DNA of 27,363 nucleotides from IMG/VR virus record IMGVR_UViG_3300016657_000060, positions 1-27,363 of that record. One strand, written 5' to 3'. Below the pieces are notes generated by a model, which searched no databases, was not told the DNA's origin, and saw nothing but the letters and a program-made list of their open reading frames with translations. The position numbers were made by a program, and so were the translations under genes. This stretch comes from a virus. Taxonomy: Duplodnaviria; Caudoviricetes. Positions 7,346 to 17,041 of this stretch are shown one piece after another. Every line of letters begins with the position of its first letter. Position 1 is the stretch's first letter.

Positions 7346-8433
7346 CAGCTGATCCCGGTGCCTGAGACGAACCAGATGTTGGTCTCAACCTTGATGAGCG
7401 TGGCGACCCCGCGCACTGCAATCGTCCGGTTGCCGGTGCTGGTGGTGCCTGCCTGACAGAGCGTGACGCCAGAGCCCTGCGCGATGGTGATGGCCGATGC
7501 GCCGTTATTGACGATGGTGACGGTCGTCCCAAGCGGAAAACCGACCGTGCCGTTGGGGGGCACCGTGATCGTCTGGGCCGCAGAGTTGAGCGAGTAGATG
7601 TGCTTGCCGTTGTCGGCGGCAACCAGCTGGTAGGACGCACTCTGCGCGTTTTGAGGAACTTCCCGAAACCCGATCGACCAGGCTGAGCCGCCCGCATCAT
7701 TGACGCTCGATCCGGTCGCGGCGCCCGAGATGGTTTTGTTCGTGAGCGTCTGGCTGTCGGTCGTGCCGACCGCTGCACCTGCAGGAGCCGCCTTGCCTGA
7801 CCAGGATGCGAGATTGGCGCTGTAGGCCTGGACATCCGAGCCGATCCCAAGACCGAGATTGGTGCGCGCGGTCGCCGCATCAGCGCCGCCGGTGCCGCCG
7901 TTGGCAACTGCCACTGTTCCGCTAATCTTGGAACCGGCGAGCGAAGTGATCCATGCGGGATCGGCATAGGTGCTGGTCGTCAGCACGGCATTGCCGGACA
8001 CCGAAGGGGCCGACAGAGCGACCGTCCATGCAGCAATCGTGCCGCTGCCGCCGACCATACTTACTGTGACCGTAAGCGCGCCGGTGCCAGTTGTGTAGGC
8101 GCTGATCTGGCCATGCATCCAGTTGGCAGGCGTTGCCGTGCTGGTGATCGTCACCCACTGGCCCACGACGAACGCCTTGCCGGTCTGAACGGTCAGCGAT
8201 TTCGAACCCGTCCCGATGACCAGCGAGGTCGTGCTGGTGGCGCTGGTGCCCGGTGCATTGACGGCAGTCGAGGCACTGGCGGCCGCGTTGCTCGCATAGC
8301 CATTGACCTCGACGGCGAGGGCATTGGCCTCGGTGCCGAAGGTTGGCAGCGCGCCGAGAAAGGCATCCGCACGCGCAGAGAAGTTCGCCGCATCCGTCCG
8401 AGACGGCGGCGTTGGCAATGCTGTAATAGGCAT
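7345..8433 (-). CDS. Tail fibre protein
   Basis: N-terminal PTPPSR.D..NF..RADAF attachment motif; GGTG...ARTNLGL and QTLTNKTI fibre motifs; C-terminal YQLVAADNGK...TVPPN...FPLGT...ATLIKV...W domain. Confidence 0.8.
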   Translation of the reverse strand: MPITALPTPPSRTDAANFSARADAFLGALPTFGTEANALAVEVNGYASNAAASASTAVNAPGTSATSTTSLVIGTGSKSLTVQTGKAFVVGQWVTITSTATPANWMHGQISAYTTGTGALTVTVSMVGGSGTIAAWTVALSAPSVSGNAVLTTSTYADPAWITSLAGSKISGTVAVANGGTGGADAATARTNLGLGIGSDVQAYSANLASWSGKAAPAGAAVGTTDSQTLTNKTISGAATGSSVNDAGGSAWSIGFREVPQNAQSASYQLVAADNGKHIYSLNSAAQTITVPPNGTVGFPLGTTVTIVNNGASAITIAQGSGVTLCQAGTTSTGNRTIAVRGVATLIKVETNIWFVSGTGIS

Positions 8434-8454
8434 GAAATTACCCCTCAGGGTGGA

Positions 8455-9348
8455 TCAAGTGAGCCCTTCGATTGTCAGGCTGCAGTAGCTGACGGTCGGG
8501 TAAGCAAGGTCGATCGAGAACTCTTTGTAGAAGCCGTAGACGGTGAGGCTCTCGAAGCTCTCGGAGCCGATCCACAGCACCGGTGTAGCCCGCAGTGCTG
8601 CAAGATTGCGGTGGACGTCATCAATCGCGCTGGTCTGCATGACCACGCGGGCGGTCATGCGCTTGGCAAAGGCCCGCTCGACCACCGAGGTCACCCCGAA
8701 CTGATCGATTTCCTTGCGTGAATAGTCGATGATGCCGATATCCGCGCCATGCTCGGTGTCGCCAAGCGTGAACTGGCGGCCGAACAGCAGCGTGCCGCAG
8801 GAGACGATATCCGCCGGGTTATCCCGGGCGATGGTGACCGAGAGCACGCCGCTCTCGTAAACCGGCACGTCGAGGAACAGCAGGCTTGATTTGCGCCCGA
8901 CCGGCTCGAAGAACCATGAGAACCAGTTGTCGATGGCTGTGCCGCCGACATTGAAGCTCTGGGTCTTGTTGTAGAGCTGCGTTCCAGAGACGGTGAGCGT
9001 TACAGTGGCGCTTTCGGCATCGGTGTCGATCAGCGCCACGCCGTCTGTTGCCCCGGGGGCCAGCACCACCTGCAGCGTGCTGGTGCGGGTGGTTGCCGTC
9101 CCGACACGGGCATCGAACATGGCCCAGCGGTTGGTCGGCCCCAAGTCGAGCCACTTGGTCGGATCGGTGGCCGGGTTCACGCCCGTAGATGCCGCCAGGG
9201 CTTCGTACTTGCGGTGCGTCGAGGTCAGGATCACCCGGGCGCCGACGGCATAGGCCGTGCCTGAACCCCAAGCCGAATAGTCGTTTTCCGGGGCCGTGCT
9301 GCTGGTCAGCATGGCATCGGTGAGCGTGGTCGGCCGGATCAGCTTCAT
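8455..9348 (-). CDS. Probable distal tail protein with CBM5/12 (ChtBD3)-like insert
   Basis: Immediately after TMP (ATGA overlap); AWGSGTAYAVGARV...YEA...NP...KW motif; C-terminal IIDYSRKEIDQFG. Confidence 0.6.
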   Translation of the reverse strand: MKLIRPTTLTDAMLTSSTAPENDYSAWGSGTAYAVGARVILTSTHRKYEALAASTGVNPATDPTKWLDLGPTNRWAMFDARVGTATTRTSTLQVVLAPGATDGVALIDTDAESATVTLTVSGTQLYNKTQSFNVGGTAIDNWFSWFFEPVGRKSSLLFLDVPVYESGVLSVTIARDNPADIVSCGTLLFGRQFTLGDTEHGADIGIIDYSRKEIDQFGVTSVVERAFAKRMTARVVMQTSAIDDVHRNLAALRATPVLWIGSESFESLTVYGFYKEFSIDLAYPTVSYCSLTIEGLT

Positions 9349-12300
9349 GCCGCCGTCCTCACTGCCAGCGCATCGCCGTCCGGGGTTACACGTTCGAGGA
9401 TGCGGGCGGTCTTGCTGGTGCCGGAGGCAATGGTGGCAGAAGCAATACGCTGCTCGTCGCGAAGGTCGGAGAGCTCCTGCTTTAGAGACGCCAGCCCATC
9501 GATCAGCACGGTCGCGCTGTCATTGGCCGACGTGGTCGCTGTCGCCGTCTGGGTGGACGCGAACTGCTCCCACCAGCTCGGGCTGGTCGAAGCCGCCACG
9601 GTCGCCGCAGTATCGGCTGGCAGCCCGGCCATCGCATTGACGATCGCCACCGTCTGCTCGAGACTGGCTGCCGTCTGCCCCTGAATGCGGGCGAAATCCT
9701 GCGCGGAGGTGGCCGCATCGGCGGCTGCGTTCAATAGGGTCTGGCTGAGCCCGGGGAGAGACTTGGCCGCCTCCTGATCACCGCTGCGTGCCGCAAGGGT
9801 TGCCGCGTTGAACTCACTGAGCGCCTGCGCGTAGGTCTTGGTGCCGCCATCCATGCTGCCACGGATCCGGGCAACTTCAGCGAGCAGACCGTCGGTGATC
9901 TGCGTCCAGGCCGAGCGCAGCTTTTCGGCAGCAGCGGCAGCTTCATCGGCGGCCTTCTGCTGGTCCTGCAGCGCCCAGATCTGTTCCTGCAACGCCCGGT
10001 TGCTCTCATCGAGTTGGGCAAGATCGAGGGCGCGCAGCGCCGCCGTATTGCCCTGGAGCTCGAGCAGCTGGCGCTCAAGGCCAAGGCGCTCGTCAACGAT
10101 GGCGGCTGCGCTCGCCGCATCCTGCGCAGCGCCGATCAAATCGGCAAAGGCAGGTGCCAGCTGGATCAGCGCGACATAGGCCGCGCGCCCAGCCTCGGTG
10201 GTGAGGTCCTGCGCATCGACCAGCGCGCGGAAACCCGCGATGCTGTCCGGAAGCGTCAGGCCGAGGCTGCCAAAGACCTCGTTCATCTGCGCCGTCAGCG
10301 CGGCGGTCTGCTCGGCCTTGGTGTAGAAGAGCGAGAAATAGTCGCTGGTCGCCGACGCCATGTCGCTCGCCGAGCCGAACAGGTCGAAGAGGTTCATCTT
10401 GGCAGAAAGGCTTAGCCCCTCGACCGAAGTGCCGAGCAAGGAAAGCGAGGAAGTCACCGCCTCGATGCTGGAGGCGACCCGAACCAGCGTCTCGAAATAG
10501 CCTTCGCCCACCTTCTGGAACTGTTCGAGGCCCGGGATCGCTGCCCGCGCGATGCTGTCGGCAGCAGCCCCGAAGACGGCGGTCAGCTTCTCCTGGATCT
10601 GCTCGCCGGTAAGGCCCTTCAGATCAATCTTGCCGATGTTGACGACAAAGCCAGCGAGCCGCGACTGCACCGCATCCAGTGACATACCCAGGGGCCCTGC
10701 GGCAGCCGAAATGGCGTCATAGAAGCCCGAAAAGATCAGGCTGAACTGCTGCTCGAGTTCCGCGCTCGCCGCAGCGTACTGGGTGGAATAGCTCGAGCCC
10801 ACGCTGATCCCGAAGAACTTCTTCGTCTTTTTGATGTCGGTGTAATAGTTCGCGTCAAAACCGCCCGAGAGGATCGAGCCGAGCGACTGCGCGCCGCCGT
10901 AGATGCCCTGGCCGACGATGCTGGTCTTTGTGCCAAAGAGCGCATTGACGATGCTGCCCAGCACCTTGCCAAGCCCGCCCAGAAGCTTTGCCCCCAGGAA
11001 GCCGATGGCCGAACCGATCGGCCCGGCAATGGCAAGGCCGATGCCAGCACCAATCATGGATCCGGTCTTGCCACCGACGAAGTTCGAGACGCCGGTGAGC
11101 GCCGAGGTCAGCCCGCCGAGAATACCCGTCGCCTTGGTCCCGGTCTGGATGCCGGCAGCCGAGGCATCAAAGCCATTGGTGCGGATGATGAGATTGGTGA
11201 GTCCGCCGATGTTGGCTTCGATGTTCTTGAGCGAAGCCAGCATGGCAGCGGAATAGCGCATGGTCAGCGTATCGACCTCGCGCAGGTGGTCGATGGATTT
11301 AGAGATGCTCTCGGACTTCGCCGTGCTGTCCCCGAACACCGTGCCGGTGCCGTCGTTGGTGACGGGCGGCTTGGCGGAACCGCCGAACGCCCCGGAGATG
11401 GCAACACCCAGCGAAGCGATCACCCCGGCCGTGACAGCACCTGCGGCAATGTTGAGCGGAAACGGCAGCGACCGGATGGCGTTCACTACCGCTTCCACTG
11501 CCTTGATGCCGGTCGTGATAATCGAATTGCCCTGTTCAACCCCGGCGCGTGCGGTGTCGGAGGCAGCCATGGCGGTGTCGCTGGTGACCTTGGCAGCAGT
11601 CTGCGCACCAATGAGGCCGATCTTCACTGCGGCATTCTTGATCGCGATCGCCAGCTCGAAGGCGCGGAAGACCTTCTCGGCCGCCAGCATCGCCTTGTAG
11701 CCGTCCGAGCCTTCCTCGAAGAACCCCTTCGCTGCGGACGCAAGGTTCCCGTAGTGGTTGATCTCGGCCGAAGCCTGCGCCGCACGCGCGTCAGCATACT
11801 GGAACGAGGTCTTGCCGTATTCGCGCTCCGCGTCTGCGGCTCGCTTGGCAGCTGCTGCCTGGGCCGAGGCAAAGCGCGTGATCTCCACAGTGATGCCGCC
11901 GATCGCGCCGCCGACCGAGCCGAAGGCATCGGCCATGTTGCTGGCAGCCGCCTGCGTTGCCGAGACCATGTCCTCAAGGCTCTGCAGGAACTGTTCCTGT
12001 TCCTTCACCTGAAAGTCGTGCTCAATGAGCGCAGTCTTGGCGGCCCGGTATCGCTCCCAGGCGGCTGCACCGCGTTCGAGCACAATCTGCTCCTTTTCGG
12101 CTTCAAGGTTCGCCAGTTCCTGGGCCTTGGTAGATTTGCCGAGCATCGTGACCTGCAGCTCAAGCGGGGCGACCGTATTCTTGATGAACTCCTTCTCGGC
12201 CTGTGCCTTTGTGGCCTTTTCCCAGGCTTCGCCTGCCTCAAGGATCGCGATACGCGCTTCGTCGGTCGGCGCCTTGAGGGCGGCCATCGCCACTTCCATG

Positions 12301-13535
12301 CGCTTGATCTCGATCGGGGTCTTGCCGATTTTGGCGGTCTCGAGCTCGAGGTTGCGGGCAAAGTCCTGCGCGGCCTTCAGCGCCTTTTCCGCTTCGGTGG
12401 TCTTGGGGCCTTTGGCGGTCTTGTCCGCCTTGTCGCCCCGGATCTCTTCGGCCTTGGCCGCAAGGCGCGCTTTGGCCGCAGCGATGGTGTTCTCGCGCCA
12501 CTTGGCCGAGAAACTGTCCATCATCGACATGGCATCGCCAAAGGCGGTCGAGAACTCACTCTGGATCTGGCCGGCCATACGCGCGGTCGAACCGGCAAAG
12601 CTGTTTTCCATGCGCGGCAGAGCAACGCTCTCGACGCGCGAGATCGTCGTGAGGCCAACACGATCGAGAAGTGGATTCACCCGGTCAACCAGCCAGTTGA
12701 TCGCAGCAATCGCCTTGTTCGCCATGAACTCGACGCCACTGATCGCGAGGTTGGCTGCCCCAACGGCCGCTTCGCCGATGACGCCGGGAAGCGAGGACCA
12801 GAGGATCTTGATCGCGCCGAACCCGCCAACCCAGCCTGCATAGATGAAGGCGATGGCGTATTTGCCAACCTGCATGATCGCGTCGAACGCGGTCACTGCC
12901 CAGTCCTTGAGGGTCGAGAACACCGAGCCGAGGCTGAGCCCATCCGAGACCGTATTCCAGAGGCCCTTCATGGTGTCGCCGACGGTGATCCCGACCGGCC
13001 CCAGCTTCTCCATTTCCTTCTTGGTGAGGCCGAGGCTTTGGGCGTATTTGTCGAGCTCGCCGGTCTGCTTGACGCTGGACTGGAACATCTTGAACGCGCC
13101 GAATGCCAGCGCCGCGGCAGCCGCCGCCGCCAACAGGTAGGGGTTGGTAAGCGCGGCGGCAGCTGAACTAGCGGCAAGCCCAACCAGCGCCCGCGCCATG
13201 CCGCCGATGCCCATGCCCGCCTGCATGCTGATCTGACCGATCTGGGTTCCCTGCTGCATGAAGACGGTCAGCGGCTTTTGGCCCGAGAACAGGCCGACGA
13301 CCATGTCATTGAGCTGGAAGACGAGGTTCTGCACATGGTGGCTGGCAAGTTTGGCTGAGCCGCCCATGCGGGTGAGCCCGCCGCCACCTGCCGATCCCAG
13401 CGCCTTGTCCGCGCGCGAGGCAGAGTCCGCGATATCACCCATGGCACCTGCCACCGACCGCTTCATGTCAGCCATCTCCTTCTGGAGACGCGCGACATTG
13501 GTGATGAGCTCAATCTCGAGGGTGCCGGCTTTCAT
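9345..13535 (-). CDS. Tail tape measure protein
   Basis: 1396 aa, Ala-rich and helical; N-terminal QLNDMVVGLFSGQKPLTVFMQQGTQI (TMP_2-type); follows the tail chaperones. Confidence 0.95.
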   Translation of the reverse strand: MKAGTLEIELITNVARLQKEMADMKRSVAGAMGDIADSASRADKALGSAGGGGLTRMGGSAKLASHHVQNLVFQLNDMVVGLFSGQKPLTVFMQQGTQIGQISMQAGMGIGGMARALVGLAASSAAAALTNPYLLAAAAAAALAFGAFKMFQSSVKQTGELDKYAQSLGLTKKEMEKLGPVGITVGDTMKGLWNTVSDGLSLGSVFSTLKDWAVTAFDAIMQVGKYAIAFIYAGWVGGFGAIKILWSSLPGVIGEAAVGAANLAISGVEFMANKAIAAINWLVDRVNPLLDRVGLTTISRVESVALPRMENSFAGSTARMAGQIQSEFSTAFGDAMSMMDSFSAKWRENTIAAAKARLAAKAEEIRGDKADKTAKGPKTTEAEKALKAAQDFARNLELETAKIGKTPIEIKRMEVAMAALKAPTDEARIAILEAGEAWEKATKAQAEKEFIKNTVAPLELQVTMLGKSTKAQELANLEAEKEQIVLERGAAAWERYRAAKTALIEHDFQVKEQEQFLQSLEDMVSATQAAASNMADAFGSVGGAIGGITVEITRFASAQAAAAKRAADAEREYGKTSFQYADARAAQASAEINHYGNLASAAKGFFEEGSDGYKAMLAAEKVFRAFELAIAIKNAAVKIGLIGAQTAAKVTSDTAMAASDTARAGVEQGNSIITTGIKAVEAVVNAIRSLPFPLNIAAGAVTAGVIASLGVAISGAFGGSAKPPVTNDGTGTVFGDSTAKSESISKSIDHLREVDTLTMRYSAAMLASLKNIEANIGGLTNLIIRTNGFDASAAGIQTGTKATGILGGLTSALTGVSNFVGGKTGSMIGAGIGLAIAGPIGSAIGFLGAKLLGGLGKVLGSIVNALFGTKTSIVGQGIYGGAQSLGSILSGGFDANYYTDIKKTKKFFGISVGSSYSTQYAAASAELEQQFSLIFSGFYDAISAAAGPLGMSLDAVQSRLAGFVVNIGKIDLKGLTGEQIQEKLTAVFGAAADSIARAAIPGLEQFQKVGEGYFETLVRVASSIEAVTSSLSLLGTSVEGLSLSAKMNLFDLFGSASDMASATSDYFSLFYTKAEQTAALTAQMNEVFGSLGLTLPDSIAGFRALVDAQDLTTEAGRAAYVALIQLAPAFADLIGAAQDAASAAAIVDERLGLERQLLELQGNTAALRALDLAQLDESNRALQEQIWALQDQQKAADEAAAAAEKLRSAWTQITDGLLAEVARIRGSMDGGTKTYAQALSEFNAATLAARSGDQEAAKSLPGLSQTLLNAAADAATSAQDFARIQGQTAASLEQTVAIVNAMAGLPADTAATVAASTSPSWWEQFASTQTATATTSANDSATVLIDGLASLKQELSDLRDEQRIASATIASGTSKTARILERVTPDGDALAVRTAA

Positions 13536-14011
13536 CGTGCGGGCTCCTTCGAGGTCATGAGCGCCCGGAAGGCATTGGTGACTTTCCGGGAGACTTCATC
13601 GCGGTTGAGGCTGGAGGTTGCCGTCCAGGGCGGCGGGCAATCGGGTTCGCGGGCCCGCACCGTCTCGGCAACAAAGTCGACCGAGAGGCGGCGCAGCAGC
13701 CGCGATGTCCAGGGCGGAAGATCGTGTCCCGAACAGTGCTGCCAGTGATCGATCGACGCCCATGAGATGGGCACCGACCCCATGGCGCCGGCTTCGCTCG
13801 GCCCGAGATCCATCAGATGATCGATGATCCACGGCGTGCGGATCGGCGGCATATCGGGTGTGAGGTCGTCCACTGCCATACGCTGCATGCGGGTCAGTGG
13901 TTCGGGATCGGGGTCTGTGCGGCCTTTACTGCTGCTGCGAGGCTTGGGCGCAGTGCCGAGCCACGCCAATTGCCGGACGTAGAGGCTCAGCTCTCGGCCG
14001 AGCTCTTCGTA
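13532..14011 (-). CDS. Tail assembly chaperone T segment (expressed as a ~290-aa G-T fusion by -1 frameshift)
   Basis: The -1 frame is open from the slippery site: YEELGRELSLYVRQLAWLGTAPK...; ISWASIDHW motif. Confidence 0.8.
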   Translation of the reverse strand, partial: YEELGRELSLYVRQLAWLGTAPKPRSSSKGRTDPDPEPLTRMQRMAVDDLTPDMPPIRTPWIIDHLMDLGPSEAGAMGSVPISWASIDHWQHCSGHDLPPWTSRLLRRLSVDFVAETVRAREPDCPPPWTATSSLNRDEVSRKVTNAFRALMTSKEPAR

Positions 14012-14403
14012 AAATTTGCCCAGTCATTGATGTGGGCGGCGACCTGCGCCGCAATGAACCCGATCGAGGGGTCGGCATAGGCCTTGCAGAACAGCTCCTG
14101 GCCCTCAAGGCCATCGGCGGGCGGATAAGAAAAGCCGTTGAAGCTGACTGTGCAGGCAGCGAGGAAATCAGCCTGCTCGGCGAGCTTTTCCTCGGCGGTC
14201 TGGTCCATCTTCCCGCGCTTCTTGATCTTGTCCATCAGCTGGTTCTGCTGACGCTGCTGCGCGCGCTGATAGACCTTGGTGCCCGGGCCGTAGACCGTGA
14301 TCGTCAGCCGCTTCCCTTTGTCGTCAAAGAGCGGGGCGTCATCGCCGCCGACGAGCTCGACGATCGAGGTCTCCGTCGCGGCAAGCTTGGTGATATCAAA
14401 CAT
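13987..14403 (-). CDS. Tail assembly chaperone G
   Basis: Between tail tube and TMP; ends WANFTKSSAES; GGAG RBS. Confidence 0.82.
   Translation of the reverse strand: MFDITKLAATETSIVELVGGDDAPLFDDKGKRLTITVYGPGTKVYQRAQQRQQNQLMDKIKKRGKMDQTAEEKLAEQADFLAACTVSFNGFSYPPADGLEGQELFCKAYADPSIGFIAAQVAAHINDWANFTKSSAES
14011..14017 (-). promoter_or_regulatory. Programmed -1 frameshift slippery heptamer A AAT TTT
   Basis: X XXY YYZ pattern in the correct phase (GCA AAT TTT) seven sense codons before the G stop. Confidence 0.85.
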
Positions 14404-14430
14404 GGGATTTCTCCGTCAGCGTGTCAGGGA

Positions 14431-14892
14431 TCAGGGGGCGAGAACTTCGACGATGCCCACACCAGCGGAGTTGGTGGTGAGTTCGAGGGTCACAGAGGCG
14501 GTGGTGATCTGGTCGACCGAACCGACATTGACCTTGAAGCTCATGACCTGTGCCTGGAAGTAGTACTTGTCGCCGTTCTGGGTGGTGACGAGGAAGCTGT
14601 GGTCGCTGTCCGAGAGCGAGGCGGATTTGAGCAGGATCTGTCCGGCATCGTCGGTATCGAGGCCGAGCTGGATCGTCATAGTCCCCTGGTTGAAACTGCC
14701 CTTCTTCTTGACCACGCCGCGGCTGCCGACAGGGTTGAAGGTGACGAGATTGAACTCGCGGCCAAACTCGCCAAGGTCGGAGACTTCGCCAACCACGGTC
14801 ATGGTGAGCGCATTGTAGCCGGTGGCGTCAAAAGTCGCAGGGGTAGAGGCCGACACCTTCAAGGTGGTGCCGGCGGAAGTCCGAACGGTCAT
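14431..14892 (-). CDS. Major tail tube protein
   Basis: 153 aa; VGEVSDLGEFG...KKKGSFNQG motif; position after the tail terminator. Confidence 0.85.
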   Translation of the reverse strand: MTVRTSAGTTLKVSASTPATFDATGYNALTMTVVGEVSDLGEFGREFNLVTFNPVGSRGVVKKKGSFNQGTMTIQLGLDTDDAGQILLKSASLSDSDHSFLVTTQNGDKYYFQAQVMSFKVNVGSVDQITTASVTLELTTNSAGVGIVEVLAP

Positions 14893-14904
14893 GGTAGCAG
14901 TTCC

Positions 14905-15324
14905 TTATGAAGGTGAGGCGAGCCGCGCCTCGTTGAATGAGACGCGGAAGTCCTGCGTCTGCATGTGGATGCCGGTCTCCTCGTCGAGGAAATCTGGTCC
15001 GGCGGAATCTGTGTGAACGGTGACCTCGGTGAGCCCGTCGATCTGGGGCATCCGGTCGGCAGCGGCCGCGCGGACAGCGGCGATTATGGTTTTGGCTTCG
15101 GGATAGGTCCGTGCCAGCACGGTCACCTGCACCCGTTCGGACACCCGGCGCTTCGGCCCCGGAGACGGCACGTTCCGGTCCACGCTGCCAATGCTCGTCA
15201 GGGCGATGGCGGGGAGCACAGTGCCCTGCGGCAGGGTGCCCGCTGCAATTCTCCCAGGCGGCACAAGCGCCGTGACGCGCAAGTCACTCACCAAAAGGCT
15301 GCGCACCGCAATCACGCCGTTCAT
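14905..15324 (-). CDS. Tail terminator/completion protein (DUF3168-like)
   Basis: LPAI...RVQVTVLARTYPEAK motif; synteny. Confidence 0.75.
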   Translation of the reverse strand: MNGVIAVRSLLVSDLRVTALVPPGRIAAGTLPQGTVLPAIALTSIGSVDRNVPSPGPKRRVSERVQVTVLARTYPEAKTIIAAVRAAAADRMPQIDGLTEVTVHTDSAGPDFLDEETGIHMQTQDFRVSFNEARLASPS

Positions 15325-15884
15325 TCGTCATCGACCTCGAGCGCGGGAGCCTTAAGATCGCCGATCTGCACGCGGTGGGCGATGTAGGCGCCCATGGCGG
15401 TGACCGCTTCCTCGGCTTTCTGCTCCAGCGCGGGGCGCAGAAACGGTTTGGCGGCGTGCCCAGGGTGCATGACCACGGGACCGACAAAGTTCTCGCCAAT
15501 CTTGAGGCTGCCGCGCTTCAGCATCTTGTTCATCGTGCCGATGCTGACCTTGCGCGGGCCGTGTCGGGTCTGACGGACCGGCGTGTCAGAGTCCGACACC
15601 GAGATCAGGTGGGGTGCTACGCCATATTCGATGAAAAGCCCGAGATAGGAGCCTTTGCCCCGAAGTTTGACGTAGGAGGACAGCTTCGCGCCATCGGTCC
15701 GTGTGCCGATCCCGATCGCACGCTTCAGCTGTCCGGTTTTCACCGGCACATTGGCCTTGGCCTGTTGCCGGATAACCTTTGCCCCTGCGCGGAGGCCACC
15801 CCGGATAACGTTGCGTTCGAGGTTTTTGGGCAGCTGATCGAGCAGTTGCAGCAGTTCGGGGCCACCCTTGAGCCTGAAAGTCAT
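15321..15884 (-). CDS. HK97 gp10-family neck protein
   Basis: PVKTGQLKRAI, FIEYG and AKPFLRPA motifs. Confidence 0.88.
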   Translation of the reverse strand: MTFRLKGGPELLQLLDQLPKNLERNVIRGGLRAGAKVIRQQAKANVPVKTGQLKRAIGIGTRTDGAKLSSYVKLRGKGSYLGLFIEYGVAPHLISVSDSDTPVRQTRHGPRKVSIGTMNKMLKRGSLKIGENFVGPVVMHPGHAAKPFLRPALEQKAEEAVTAMGAYIAHRVQIGDLKAPALEVDDE

Positions 15885-16228
15885 GGCGCGGCTCCTTCAC
15901 TCGAGTGTTCTTCGACCATCAGCTCGATGGCTTCGCGCCGCCCCAGCATCGAGGGTCCGGCAATGATCTGGTGGATGCTGCCCGCGATGATCACCCGCAT
16001 GTCGGGCGTGATGCCGGCAAGGTAGCGGAGGCGAATACGGGCCGGACGACGTGCAATCTGGATCTGTTCGGCCATGCGCTCAGCGCGAGAGGGAAGGATG
16101 TCCTTCACCTCGGCCCAAACGCAGGCGAATTCGGTCCAGATGACCTCCTCGGTCCCGTATTGGGGGTCACGAGTGATAGTCTTGCGCTCGATCCGGATCC
16201 GGGTGTCGAGCTTTGAGGCTAGATCCAT
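15881..16228 (-). CDS. Head closure/head-tail adaptor (SPP1 gp16-like)
   Basis: L..RIRIE...D..G...W...VWAEV...RIRLRY..GITPDMRV motif. Confidence 0.88.
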   Translation of the reverse strand: MDLASKLDTRIRIERKTITRDPQYGTEEVIWTEFACVWAEVKDILPSRAERMAEQIQIARRPARIRLRYLAGITPDMRVIIAGSIHQIIAGPSMLGRREAIELMVEEHSSEGAAP

Positions 16229-16761
16229 CGGGACTGGAGCTGGGCGACCAGCGTATCGAAAGCGAGACAGGTCCCACCTTCGCGGTTTTCGAACAGGGAA
16301 GCGGTTTTGACGAGAATGGCCGCCCTTGCGATTGCAAGATCGGGGTCATTCTCGGCAAATCCAGCCGACAGGGTCACCTGGATCAGACCATCAGGCCCAA
16401 GCTCGGGCCATGACTTGCCCGATGCCGGGCGAATGCGGGTGAACCCATGCCGCTTGCGTGCGACGTAGTTGCCCTCGGGCAGGATGGTGGTAGCACCATT
16501 GGCCGCCGTGTAGCGGATCTCGGCAACCACGCAGGGCCTGACCGGCACCGTGATCTCCTGGCTCCAGCCTTCTTGGCTTAGTTCGAGGGTCTGTTCGCAA
16601 AGCCTGAGGCCCGTCCGCTGCTCGAGTTCGGCTTGCGCCGCATCCAGCTTTGCGCCGAGCAGAAGATCCTCGTTATGCCCGTCGAGACGCAGCTGCTGGC
16701 GCGCTTCCTCGAGCGTCACGGCGCGATCCTGAGGTGGTTCGACCGTGACGATCTCGGACAT
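16219..16761 (-). CDS. Head-tail connector (gp6 / phiE125 gp8-like)
   Basis: VTLEEARQQLRLD...AAIL...LFENRE motif. Confidence 0.88.
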   Translation of the reverse strand: MSEIVTVEPPQDRAVTLEEARQQLRLDGHNEDLLLGAKLDAAQAELEQRTGLRLCEQTLELSQEGWSQEITVPVRPCVVAEIRYTAANGATTILPEGNYVARKRHGFTRIRPASGKSWPELGPDGLIQVTLSAGFAENDPDLAIARAAILVKTASLFENREGGTCLAFDTLVAQLQSRWI

Positions 16762-16991
16762 TATTCGGCCTTGGTGCGATGGGCAGAACCCGATTTGCGG
16801 GTCACGGCCGCCTCATCGGCAACAGTGGGCTCCGCAGCGGCGGGTTCTTCCAGGGCGCCGACCTCAATGGCGAGGCCGCGCTCAATCAGGCTGCGACCGG
16901 CCTGGTCATCGACCTCAAAGGTCTGACCAGTTGCGATATTGTTCGAGCTCACCGAGCTCACATGGACAGTGTCCAGGGCTTTGACGATCAT
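16761..16991 (-). CDS. Small hypothetical protein downstream of capsid
   Basis: GGAGG RBS; TAATG overlap with the connector gene; G..FEV...LIERGLA motif seen in post-capsid genes. Confidence 0.7.
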   Translation of the reverse strand: MIVKALDTVHVSSVSSNNIATGQTFEVDDQAGRSLIERGLAIEVGALEEPAAAEPTVADEAAVTRKSGSAHRTKAE

Positions 16992-17002
16992 GGCGTCCCT
17001 CC

Positions 17003-17035
17003 AAAGGAAATGGGGCCAGCCCTCAGGCCGGCCCC
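17003..17035 (-). terminator. Terminator-like hairpin after the major capsid gene
   Basis: Minus strand GGGGCCGGCC-TGAG-GGCTGGCCCC-ATTTCCTTT. Confidence 0.7.
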
Positions 17036-17041
17036 GTCAGA

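Noticed and set aside
11286-13166. 626-aa plus-strand ORF, and other long antisense ORFs (e.g. 20463-21665, 22673-23728, 17384-18328, 13897-14910)
   Set aside because: Shadow ORFs opposite well-supported genes, expected in high-GC coding DNA; no recognisable motifs
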